64,000 bases of DNA from Azolla caroliniana (Eukaryota; Plantae; Polypodiophyta), in the NCBI GenBank assembly GCA_043228905.1, contig JBHGNT010000057.1, positions 101,292 to 165,291 on the forward strand. The letters run 5' to 3'. Positions 52,001-64,000 of this stretch are shown here, piece after piece. The notes beneath the pieces were generated by a model. The model saw only the letters and a list, made by a program, of their open reading frames with translations, searched no databases and had not been told where the DNA came from. A program made the translations under genes and the position numbers. Numbering within the stretch: the stretch's first letter is position 1; every line of letters starts with the position of its first letter.

Positions 52001-55000
52001 TAATTCCAGATGATAGCTAGCGTTGTTAGCTTCGATTCGCTAGTTGGAACACAAAAATCCGATATCACACTCGCCAGGTATGAACATTTTAATTTACCTA
52101 CTAGCTCTTCTCAAGTCCCTCCTCAAATTATGTAATTTCGTCATGTCTCTCGACCTGAGCTTCATAATCTTGATTTTTTAATTCCATATCATAGCTAGCG
52201 TTGTTAGCTTCGATTCGCAAGTTTGAACACAAAAATCCGATATCACACGAGCCAGGTATGAACATATTTTAATTTACTCAAGGGTTCCTCTCAACTGAGT
52301 CCTCAAATTTGGTAATTTCGTCATGTCTCTCGACCTGAGTTTCAAAATCTTGATTTTTTAATTCCATATCATAGCTAGCATTGTTAGCTTCGATTCGCAT
52401 GTTTGAACACAAAAATCCGATATCACACGAGCCAGGTATGAACATTTTAATTTACTCAAGGGCTCCTCTCAACTCCCTGCTCAAATTTGGTAATTTCGTC
52501 ATGTCTCTCGACCTGAGTTTCAAAATCTTGATTTTTTAAGTCCATATCATAGCTAGCGTTGTTATCTTCGATTCGCATGTTTGAACACACAAATCCGATA
52601 TCACACTCGCCAGGTATGAACATTTTAATTTACTCAAGAGCTCTTGTGAACTCCCTCCTCAAATGTGGTAATTTCGTCATGTCTCTCGACCTGAGTTTCA
52701 AAAGCTGGATTTTTTAATTCCATATCATAGCTAGCGTTGTTAGCTTCGATTCACATGTTTGAACACAAAAATCCGATATCACACGAGCCAGGTATGAACA
52801 TTTTAATTTACCTACTAGCTCTTCTCAACTCATTCCTCAAATTTGGTAATTTCGTCATGTCTCTCGACCTGAGTTTTAAAATCTTGATTTTTTAATTCCA
52901 TATCATAGCTAGCGTTGTTAGCTTCGATTCGCAAGTTTGAACACAAAAATCCGATATCACACGATCCAGGTATGAACATTTTAATTTACCTACTAGCTCT
53001 TCTCAACTCATTCCTCAAATTTGGTAATTTCGTCATGTCTCTCGACTTGAGTTTAAAAATCTTGATTTTTTAATTCCATATGATAGCTAGCGTTGTTAGC
53101 TTCGATTCGCATGTTTGAACACAAAAATCCGATATCACACGAGCCAGGTATGAACATTTTAATTTACTCAAGGGCTCCTCTCAACTTAGTGCTCAAATTT
53201 GGTAATTTCGTCATGTCTCTCGACCTGAGTTTCAAAATCTTGATTTTTTAATTCCATATCATAGCTAGCGTTGTTAGCTTCGATTCGCATGTTTGAACAC
53301 AAAAAACCGATATCACACGAGCCAGGTATGAACATTTTAATTTACTCAAGGGTTCCTCTCAACTCCCTCCTCAAATTTGGTAATTTCGTCATGTCTCTCG
53401 ACCTGAGTTTCAAAATCTTGATTTTTTAATTCCATATCATAGCTAGCGTTGTTAGCTTCGATTCGCATGTTTGAACACAAAAAACCGATATCACACTCGC
53501 CAGGTATGAACATTTTAATTTACTCAAGGGTTCCTCTCAACTCCCCCCTCAAATTTGGTAATTTCGTCATGTCTCTCGACCTGAGTTTCAAAATCTTGAT
53601 TTTTTAATTCCATATCATAGCTAGCGTTGTTAGCTTCGATTCGCATGTTTGAATACAAAAATCCGATATCACACGAGCCAGGTATGAACATTTTAATTTA
53701 CTCAAGGGCTCCTTTGAACTCCCTCCTCAAATGTGGTAATTTCGTCATGTCTCTCGACCTGAGTTTCAAAATCTTGATTTTTTAAATTCCATATCATAGC
53801 TAGCGTTGTTGGCTTCGATTCGCATGTTTGAATACAAAAATCCGATATCACACGAGCCAGGTATGAACATTTTAATTTACTCAAGGGCTCCTTTGAACTC
53901 CCTCCTCAAATGTGGTAATTTCGTCATGTCTCTCGACCTGAGTTTCAAAAGCTGGATTTTTTAATTCCAGATGATAGCTAGCGTTGTTAGCTTCGATTCG
54001 CTAGTTGGAACACAAAAATCCGATATCACACGATCCAGGTATGAACATTTTAATTTACTCAAGGGTTCCTCTCAACTCCCTCCTCAAATGTGGTAATTTC
54101 GTCATGTCTCTCGACCTGAGTTTGAAAATCTTGATTTTCTAATTCCATATCATAGCTAGCGTTGTTAGCTTCGATTCACATGTTTGAACACAAAAAACCG
54201 ATATCACACTCGCCAGGTATGAACATTTTAATTTACTCAAGGGTTCCTCTCAACTCCCTCCTCAAATTTGGTAATTTCGTCATGTCTCTCGACCTGAGTT
54301 TCAAAATCTTGATTTTTTAATTCCATATCATAGCTAGCGTTGTTAGCTTCGATTCGCATGTTTGAATACAAAAATCCGATATCACACGAGCCAGGTATGA
54401 ACATTTTAATTTACTCAAGGGCTCCTTTGAACTCCCTCCTCAAATGTGGTAATTTCGTCATGTCTGTCGACCTGAGTTTCAAAATCTTGATTTTTTAATT
54501 CCATATCATAGCTAGCGTTGTTAGCTTCGATTCGCATGTTTGAATACAAAAATCCGATATCACACGAGCCAGGTATGAACATTTTAATTTACTCAAGGGC
54601 TCCTTTGAACTCCCTCCTCAAATGTGGTAATTTCGTCATGTCTCTCGACCTGAGTTTCAAAAGCTGGATTTTTTAATTCCAGATGATAGCTAGCGTTGTT
54701 AGCTTCGATTCGCTAGTTGGAACACAAAAATCCGATATCACACGAGCCAGGTATGAACATTTTAATTTACTCAAGGGCTCCTTTGAACTCCCTCCTCAAA
54801 TGTGGTAATTTCGTCATGTCTTTCGACCTGAGTTTCAAAATCTTGATTTTTTAAGTCCATATCATAGCTAGCGTTGTTAGCTTCGATTCGCATGTTTGAA
54901 TACAAAAATCCGATATCACACGAGCCAGGTATGAACATTTTAATTTACTCAAGGGTTCCTCTCAACTCCCTCCTCAAATTTGGTAATTTCGTCATGTCTC

Positions 55001-58000
55001 TCGACCTGAGTTTCAAAATCTTGATTTTATAATTCCATATCATAGCTAGCGTTGTTAGCTTCGATTCGCATGTTTGAACACAAAAAACCGATATCACACT
55101 CGCCAGGTATGAACATTTTAATTTACTGAAGGGTTCCTCTCAACTCCCTCCTCAAATTTGGTAATTTCGTCATGTCTCTCGACCTGAGTTTCAAAATCTT
55201 GATTTTTAAATTCCATATCATAGCTAGCGTTGTTAGCTTCGATTCGCATGTTTGAATACAAAAATCCGATATCACACGAGCCAGGTATGAACATTTTAAT
55301 TTACTCAAGGGATCCTTTGAACTCATTCCTCAAATTTGGTAATTTCGTCATGTCTCTCGACCTGAGTTTCAAAATCTTGATTTTTTAATTCCATATCATA
55401 GCTAGCATTGTTATCTTCGATTCGCATGTTTGAACACACAAATCCGATATCACACTCGCCAGGTATGAACATTTTAATTTACTCAAGAGCTCTTGTGAAC
55501 TCCCTCCTCAAATGTGGTAATTTCGTCATGTCTCTCGACCTGAGTTTCAAAAGCTTGATTTTTTAATTCCATATGATAGCTAGCGTTGTTAGCTTCGATT
55601 CGCATGTTTGAACAGAAAAATCCGATATCACACTCGCCAGGTATGAACATTTTAATTTACCTACTAGCTCTTCTCAACTCATTCCTCAAATTTGGTAATT
55701 TCGTCATGTCTCTCGAGCTGAGTTTTAAAATCTTGATTTTTTAATTCCATATGATAGCTAGCGTTGTTAGCTTCGATTCGCAAGTTTGAACACAAAAATC
55801 CGATATCACACGAGCCAGGTATGAACATATTTTAATTTACTCAAGGGCTCCTCTCAACTTAGTCCTCAAATTTGGTAATTTCGTCATGTCTCTCGACCTG
55901 AGTTTCAAAATCTTGATTTTTTAATTCCATATCATAGCTAGCGTTGTTAGCTTCGATTCGCATGTTTGAATACAAAAATCCGATATCACACGAGCCAGGT
56001 ATGAACATTTTAATTTACTCAAGGGCTCCTTTGAACTCCCTCCTCAAATCTGGTAATTTCGTCATGTCTCTCGACTTGAGTTTCAAAATCTTGATTTTTT
56101 AATTCCATATCATAGCTAGCGTTGTTAGCTTCGATTCGCAAGTTTGAACACAAAAATCCGATATCACACGAGCCAGGTATGAACATTTTAATTTACTCAA
56201 GGGTTCCTCTCAACTCCCTCCTCAAATGTGGTAATTTCGTCATGTCTCTCGACCTGAGTTTCAAAATCTTGATTTTTTAATTCCATATCATAGCTAGCGT
56301 TGTTAGCTTCGATTCGCATGTTTGAATACAAAAATCCGATATCACACGAGCCAGGTATGAACATTTTAATTTACTCAAGGGTTCCTCTCAACTCCCTCCT
56401 CAAATTTGGTAATTTCGTCATGTCTCTCGACCTGAGTTTCAAAATCTTGATTTTTTAATTCCATATCATAGCTAGCGTTGTTAGCTTCGATTCGCATGTT
56501 TGAACACAAAAAACCGATATCACACTCGCCAGGTATGAACATTTTAATTTACTCAAGGGTTCCTCTCAACTCCCTCCTCAAATTTGGTAATTTCGTCATG
56601 TCTCTCGACCTGAGTTTCAAAATCTTGATTTTTTAATTCCATATCATAGCTAGCGTTGTTAGCTTCGATTCGCATGTTTGAATACAAAAATCCGATATCA
56701 CACGAGCCAGGTATGAACATTTTAATTTACTCAAGGGATCCTTTGAACTCATTCCTCAAATTTGGTAATTTCGTCATGTCTCTCGACCTGAGTTTCAAAA
56801 TCTTGATTTTTTAATTCCATATCATAGCTAGCATTGTTATCTTCGATTCGCATGTTTGAACACACAAATCCGATATCACACTCGCCAGGTATGAACATTT
56901 TAATTTACTCAAGAGCTCTTGTGAACTCCCTCCTCAAATGTGGTAATTTCGTCATGTCTCTCGACCTGAGTTTCAAAAGCTTGATTTTTTAATTCCATAT
57001 GATAGCTAGCGTTGTTAGCTTCGATTCGCATGTTTGAACAGAAAAATCCGATATCACACTCGCCAGGTATGAACATTTTAATTTACCTACTAGCTCTTCT
57101 CAACTCATTCCTCAAATTTGGTAATTTCGTCATGTCTCTCGAGCTGAGTTTTAAAATCTTGATTTTTTAATTCCATATGATAGCTAGCGTTGTTAGCTTC
57201 GATTCGCAAGTTTGAACACAAAAATCCGATATCACACGAGCCAGGTATGAACATATTTTAATTTACTCAAGGGCTCCTCTCAACTTAGTCCTCAAATTTG
57301 GTAATTTCGTCATGTCTCTCGACCTGAGTTTCAAAATCTTGTTTTTTAATTCCATATCATAGCTAGCGTTGTTAGCTTCGATTCGCATGTTTGAATACAA
57401 AAATCCGATATCACACGAGCCAGGTATGAACATTTTAATTTACTCAAGGGCTCCTTTGAACTCCCTCCTCAAATCTGGTAATTTCGTCATGTCTCTCGAC
57501 TTGAGTTTCAAAATCTTGATTTTTTAATTCCATATCATAGCTAGCGTTGTTAGCTTCGATTCGCAAGTTTGAACACAAAAATCCGATATCACACGAGCCA
57601 GGTATGAACATTTTAATTTACTCAAGGGTTCCTCTCAACTCCCTCCTCAAATGTGGTAATTTCGTCATGTCTCTCGACCTGAGTTTCAAAATCTTGATTT
57701 TTTAATTCCATATCATAGCTAGCGTTGTTAGCTTCGATTCGCATGTTTGAATACAAAAATCCGATATCACACGAGCCAGGTATGAACATTTTAATTTACT
57801 CAAGGGCTCCTTTGAACTCCCTCCTCAAATGTGGTAATTTCGTCATGTCTGTCGACCTGAGTTTCAAAATCTTGATTTTTTAAGTCCATATCATAGCTAG
57901 CGTTGTTAGCTTCGATTCGCAAGTTTGAACACAAAAATCCGATATCACACGAGCCAGGTATGAACATTTTAATTTACTCAAGGGCTCCTCTCAACTCCCT

Positions 58001-61000
58001 GCTCAAATTTGGTAATTTCGTCATGTCTCTCGACCTGAGTTTCAAAATCTTGATTTTTTAATTCCATATCATAGCTAGCGTTGTTAGCTTCGATTCGCAA
58101 GTTTGAACACAAAAATCCGATATCACACGAGCCAGGTATGAACATATTTTAATTTACTCAAGGGCTCCTCTCAACATAGTCCTCAAATTTGGTAATTTCG
58201 TCATGTCTCTCGACCTGAGTTTCAAAATCTTGATTTTTTAATTCCATATCATAGCTAGCGTTGTTAGCTTCGATTCGCATGTTTGAATACAAAAATCCGA
58301 TATCACACGAGCCAGGTATGAACATTTTAATTTACTCAAGGGCTCCTTTGAACTCCCTCCTCAAATCTGGTAATTTCGTCATGTCTCTCGACCTGAGTTT
58401 CAAAATCTTGATTTTTTAATTCCATATCATAGCTAGCGTTCTTAGCTTCGATTCGCAAGTTTGAACACAAAAATCCGATATCACACGAGCCAGGTATGAA
58501 CATTTTAATTTACTCAAGGGCTCCTTTGAACTCCCTCCTCAAATTATGTAATTTCGTCATGTCTCTCGACCTGAGTTTCAAAATCTTAATTTTTTAATTC
58601 CAGATGATAGCTAGCGTTGTTAGCTTCGATTCGCTAGTTGGAACACAAAAATCCGATATCACACTCGCCAGGTATGAACATTTTAATTTACCTACTAGCT
58701 CTTCTCAAGTCCCTCCTCAAATTATGTAATTTCGTCATGTCTCTCGACCTGAGCTTCATAATCTTGATTTTTTAATTCCATATCATAGCTAGCGTTGTTA
58801 GCTTCGATTCGCAAGTTTGAACACAAAAATCCGATATCACACGAGCCAGGTATGAACATATTTTAATTTACTCAAGGGCTCCTCTCAACTCCCTGCTCAA
58901 ATTTGGTAATTTCGTCATGTCTCTCGACCTGAGTTTCAAAATCTTGATTTTTTAATTCCATATCATAGCTAGCGTTGTTAGCTTCGATTCGCATGTTTGA
59001 ACACAAAAATCCGATATCACACGAGCCAGGTATGAACATTTTAATTTACTCAAGGGCTCCTCTCAACTCCCTGCTCAAATTTGGTAATTTCGTCATGTCT
59101 CTCGACCTGAGTTTTAAAATCTTGATTTTTTAATTCCATATCATAGCTAGCGTTGTTAGCTTCGATTCGCATGTTTGAACACAAAAATCCGATATCACAC
59201 GAGCCAAGTATGAACATTTTAATTTACTCAAGGGCTCCTCTCAACTCCCTGCTCAAATTATGTAATTTCGTCATGTCTCTCGACCTGAGTTTCAAAATCT
59301 TGATTTTTTAATTCCATATGATAGCTAGCGTTGTTAGCTTCGATTCGCATGTTTGAACACAAAAATCCGATATCACACTCGCCAGGTATGAACATTTTAA
59401 TTTACTCAAGGGTTCCTCTCAACTCCCTCCTCAAATTTGGTAATTTCGTCATGTCTCTCGACCTGAGTTTCAAAATCTTGATTTTTTAATTCCATATCAT
59501 AGCTAGCGTTGTTAGCTTCGATTCGCAAGTTTGAACACAAAAATCCGATATCACACGAGCCAGGTATGAACATATTTTAATTTACTCAAGGGCTCCTCTC
59601 AACTTAGTCCTCAAATTTGGTAATTTCGTCATGTCTCTCGACCTGAGTTTCAAAATCTTGATTTTTTAATTCCATATCATAGCTAGCGTTGTTAGCTTCG
59701 ATTCGCATGTTTGAATACAAAAATCCGATATCACACGAGCCAGGTATGAACATTTTAATTTACTCAAGGGTTCCTCTCAACTCCCTCCTCAAATTTGGTA
59801 ATTTCGTCATGTCTCTCGACCTGAGTTTGAAAATCTTGATTTTTTAATTCCATATCATAGCTAGCGTTGTTAGCTTCGATTCACATGTTTGAACACAAAA
59901 AACCGATATCACACTCGCCAGGTATGAACATTTTAATTTACTCAAGGGTTCCTCTCAACTCCCTCCTCAAATTTGGTAATTTCGTCATGTCTCTCGACCT
60001 GAGTTTCAAAATCTTGATTTTTTAATTCCATATCATAGCTAGCGTTGTTAGCTTCGATTCGCATGTTTGAATACAAAAATCCGATATCACACGAGCCAGG
60101 TATGAACATTTTAATTTACTCAAGGGCTCCTTTGAACTCCCTCCTCAAATGTGGTAATTTCGTCATGTCTGTCGACCTGAGTTTCAAAATCTTGATTTTT
60201 TAAGTCCATATCATAGCTAGCGTTGTTAGCTTCGATTCGCAAGTTTGAATACAAAAATCCGATATCACACGAGCCAGGTATGAACATTTTAATTTACTCA
60301 AGGGCTCCTTTGAACTCCCTCCTCAAATGTGGTAATTTCGTCATGTCTGTCGACCTGAGTTTCAAAATCTTGATTTTTTAAGTCCATATCATAGCTAGCG
60401 TTGTTAGCTTCGATTCGCATGTTTGAATACAAAAATCCGATATCACACGAGCCAGGTATGAACATTTTAATTTACTCAAGGGCTCCTTTGAACTCCCTCC
60501 TCAAATCTGGTAATTTCGTCATGTCTCTCGACCTGAGTTTCAAAATCTTGATTTTTTAATTCCATATCATAGCTAGCGTTCTTAGCTTCGATTCGCAAGT
60601 TTGAACACAAAAATCCGATATCACACGAGCCAGGTATGAACATTTTAATTTACTCAAGGGCTCCTTTGAACTCCCTCCTCAAATTATGTAATTTCGTCAT
60701 GTCTCTCGACCTGAGTTTCAAAATCTTAATTTTTTAATTCCAGATGATAGCTAGCGTTGTTAGCTTCGATTCGCTAGTTGGAACACAAAAATCCGATATC
60801 ACACTCGCCAGGTATGAACATTTTAATTTACCTACTAGCTCTTCTCAAGTCCCTCCTCAAATTATGTAATTTCGTCATGTCTCTCGACCTGAGCTTCATA
60901 ATCTTGATTTTTTAATTCCATATCATAGCTAGCGTTGTTAGCTTCGATTCGCAAGTTTGAACACAAAAATCCGATATCACACGAGCCAGGTATGAACATA

Positions 61001-63511
61001 TTTTAATTTACTCAAGGGTTCCTCTCAACTGAGTCCTCAAATTTGGTAATTTCGTCATGTCTCTCGACCTGAGTTTCAAAATCTTGATTTTTTAATTCCA
61101 TATCATAGCTAGCATTGTTAGCTTCGATTCGCATGTTTGAACACAAAAATCCGATATCACACGAGCCAGGTATGAACATTTTAATTTACTCAAGGGCTCC
61201 TCTCAACTCCCTGCTCAAATTTGGTAATTTCGTCATGTCTCTCGACCTGAGTTTCAAAATCTTGATTTTTTAAGTCCATATCATAGCTAGCGTTGTTATC
61301 TTCGATTCGCATGTTTGAACACACAAATCCGATATCACACTCGCCAGGTATGAACATTTTAATTTACTCAAGAGCTCTTGTGAACTCCCTCCTCAAATGT
61401 GGTAATTTCGTCATGTCTCTCGACCTGAGTTTCAAAAGCTGGATTTTTTAATTCCATATCATAGCTAGCGTTGTTAGCTTCGATTCACATGTTTGAACAC
61501 AAAAATCCGATATCACACGAGCCAGGTATGAACATTTTAATTTACCTACTAGCTCTTCTCAACTCATTCCTCAAATTTGGTAATTTCGTCATGTCTCTCG
61601 ACCTGAGTTTTAAAATCTTGATTTTTTAATTCCATATCATAGCTAGCGTTGTTAGCTTCGATTCGCAAGTTTGAACACAAAAATCCGATATCACACGATC
61701 CAGGTATGAACATTTTAATTTACCTACTAGCTCTTCTCAACTCATTCCTCAAATTTGGTAATTTCGTCATGTCTCTCGACTTGAGTTTAAAAATCTTGAT
61801 TTTTTAATTCCATATGATAGCTAGCGTTGTTAGCTTCGATTCGCATGTTTGAACACAAAAATCCGATATCACACGAGCCAGGTATGAACATTTTAATTTA
61901 CTCAAGGGCTCCTCTCAACTTAGTGCTCAAATTTGGTAATTTCGTCATGTCTCTCGACCTGAGTTTCAAAATCTTGATTTTTTAATTCCATATCATAGCT
62001 AGCGTTGTTAGCTTCGATTCGCATGTTTGAACACAAAAAACCGATATCACACGAGCCAGGTATGAACATTTTAATTTACTCAAGGGTTCCTCTCAACTCC
62101 CTCCTCAAATTTGGTAATTTCGTCATGTCTCTCGACCTGAGTTTCAAAATCTTGATTTTTTAATTCCATATCATAGCTAGCGTTGTTAGCTTCGATTCGC
62201 ATGTTTGAACACAAAAAACCGATATCACACTCGCCAGGTATGAACATTTTAATTTACTCAAGGGTTCCTCTCAACTCCCCCCTCAAATTTGGTAATTTCG
62301 TCATGTCTCTCGACCTGAGTTTCAAAATCTTGATTTTTTAATTCCATATCATAGCTAGCGTTGTTAGCTTCGATTCGCATGTTTGAATACAAAAATCCGA
62401 TATCACACGAGCCAGGTATGAACATTTTAATTTACTCAAGGGCTCCTTTGAACTCCCTCCTCAAATGTGGTAATTTCGTCATGTCTCTCGACCTGAGTTT
62501 CAAAATCTTGATTTTTTAAATTCCATATCATAGCTAGCGTTGTTGGCTTCGATTCGCATGTTTGAATACAAAAATCCGATATCACACGAGCCAGGTATGA
62601 ACATTTTAATTTACTCAAGGGCTCCTTTGAACTCCCTCCTCAAATGTGGTAATTTCGTCATGTCTCTCGACCTGAGTTTCAAAAGCTGGATTTTTTAATT
62701 CCAGATGATAGCTAGCGTTGTTAGCTTCGATTCGCTAGTTGGAACACAAAAATCCGATATCACACGATCCAGGTATGAACATTTTAATTTACTCAAGGGT
62801 TCCTCTCAACTCCCTCCTCAAATGTGGTAATTTCGTCATGTCTCTCGACCTGAGTTTGAAAATCTTGATTTTCTAATTCCATATCATAGCTAGCGTTGTT
62901 AGCTTCGATTCACATGTTTGAACACAAAAAACCGATATCACACTCGCCAGGTATGAACATTTTAATTTACTCAAGGGTTCCTCTCAACTCCCTCCTCAAA
63001 TTTGGTAATTTCGTCATGTCTCTCGACCTGAGTTTCAAAATCTTGATTTTTTAATTCCATATCATAGCTAGCGTTGTTAGCTTCGATTCGCATGTTTGAA
63101 TACAAAAATCCGATATCACACGAGCCAGGTATGAACATTTTAATTTACTCAAGGGCTCCTTTGAACTCCCTCCTCAAATGTGGTAATTTCGTCATGTCTG
63201 TCGACCTGAGTTTCAAAATCTTGATTTTTTAATTCCATATCATAGCTAGCGTTGTTAGCTTCGATTCGCATGTTTGAATACAAAAATCCGATATCACACG
63301 AGCCAGGTATGAACATTTTAATTTACTCAAGGGCTCCTTTGAACTCCCTCCTCAAATGTGGTAATTTCGTCATGTCTCTCGACCTGAGTTTCAAAAGCTG
63401 GATTTTTTAATTCCAGATGATAGCTAGCGTTGTTAGCTTCGATTCGCTAGTTGGAACACAAAAATCCGATATCACACGAGCCAGGTATGAACATTTTAAT
63501 TTACTCAAGGG
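46038..63511. repeat. Tandem duplication of a 49-monomer unit (8708 bp first copy, 8734 bp second copy)
   Basis: The offset is 8708 upstream of 47605 (ORFs 46415/55123; GGGATCC 46601/55309) and 8734 downstream (CATAGTCC 49441/58175; CTCCCCCCTC 53541/62275; ORFs 53702/62436). The 26-bp difference equals the deletion at 47605. Confidence 0.93.
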
Positions 63512-64000
63512 TTCCTCTCAACTCCCTCCTCAAATGTGGTAATTTCGTCATGTCTCTCGACCTGAGTTTGAAAATCTTGATTTTTTAATTCCATATCATA
63601 GCTAGCGTTGTTAGCTTCGATTCACATGTTTGAACACAAAAAACCGATATCACACTCGCCAGGTATGAACATTTTAATTTACCTACTAGCTCTTCTCAAC
63701 TCCCTCCTCAAATGTGGTAATTTCGTCATGTCTCTCAACCTGAGCTTCAAAATCTTGATTTTTTAATTCCATATCATAGCTAGCGTTGTTAGCTTCGATT
63801 CGCATGTTTGAATACAAAAATCCGATATCACACGAGCCAGGTATGAACATTTTAATTTACTCAAGGGCTCCTTTGAACTCCCTCCTCAAATGTGGTAATT
63901 TCGTCATGTCTCTCGACCTGAGTTTCAAAATCTTGATTTTTTAAATTCCATATCATAGCTAGCGTTGTTGGCTTCGATTCGCATGTTTGAATACAAAAAT

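Larger units (their letters stand above)
1..64000. repeat. Tandem satellite DNA array, 178-bp monomer, about 359 copies head-to-tail, running off both ends of the window; candidate centromeric/pericentromeric satellite
   Basis: GCGTTGTTAGCTTCGATTCG starts at 1 and again at 179. The same phase point is at 63962, which fits 359 monomers averaging about 178.2 bp. Every line read matches the monomer. The centromeric role is inferred only from the nucleosome-scale size and HOR organisation. Confidence 0.99.

Noticed and set aside
257-62618. About 36 minus-strand 60-67 aa ORFs (MSKLKCSYLARV..., MSSKDPLSKLK...)
   Set aside because: Each is about one monomer long and starts at TTG or an incidental ATG. 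Each opens only where a +1 A or a T>A change in the TTTTTTAA tract removes a stop. The 178-bp period is not a multiple of 3 and I recognise no domain. They are satellite translation artefacts.
1-64000. CRISPR-like reading (constant repeat plus variable segment)
   Set aside because: The variable parts are alleles of one sequence rather than unique spacers. The 178-bp period is too long and there are no cas genes or leader.
1-64000. Embedded transposon, inversion or unique-sequence island
   Set aside because: None was seen on reading through. Monomer phase and orientation are kept from 1 to 63962 with only small indels.

Overview
The whole 64-kb window is one uninterrupted, single-orientation tandem array of a 178-bp satellite: about 359 monomers, about 38% GC (counted on monomer 1). 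I saw no gene, RNA gene, transposon insertion or strand switch. All ORFs in the track are translations of the repeat and are treated as artefacts, although they are useful position markers for particular monomer variants. The monomer size and organisation resemble eukaryotic centromeric or pericentromeric satellite, but this is inference: I do not recognise the family or organism. I found no evidence of a new protein- or RNA-encoded system. The real structure lies in the monomer variants. They show nested, in-register higher-order repeats (2-, 8-, 9/12-, 15-, 17/18/20-, 42- and 49-monomer periods), two recent multi-kb tandem duplications with mappable crossover windows, two interleaved variant domains, rare deletions, and unusual multi-nucleotide variants concentrated next to an apparently invariant box. 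All comparisons were made by eye from diagnostic variants, not by alignment software.
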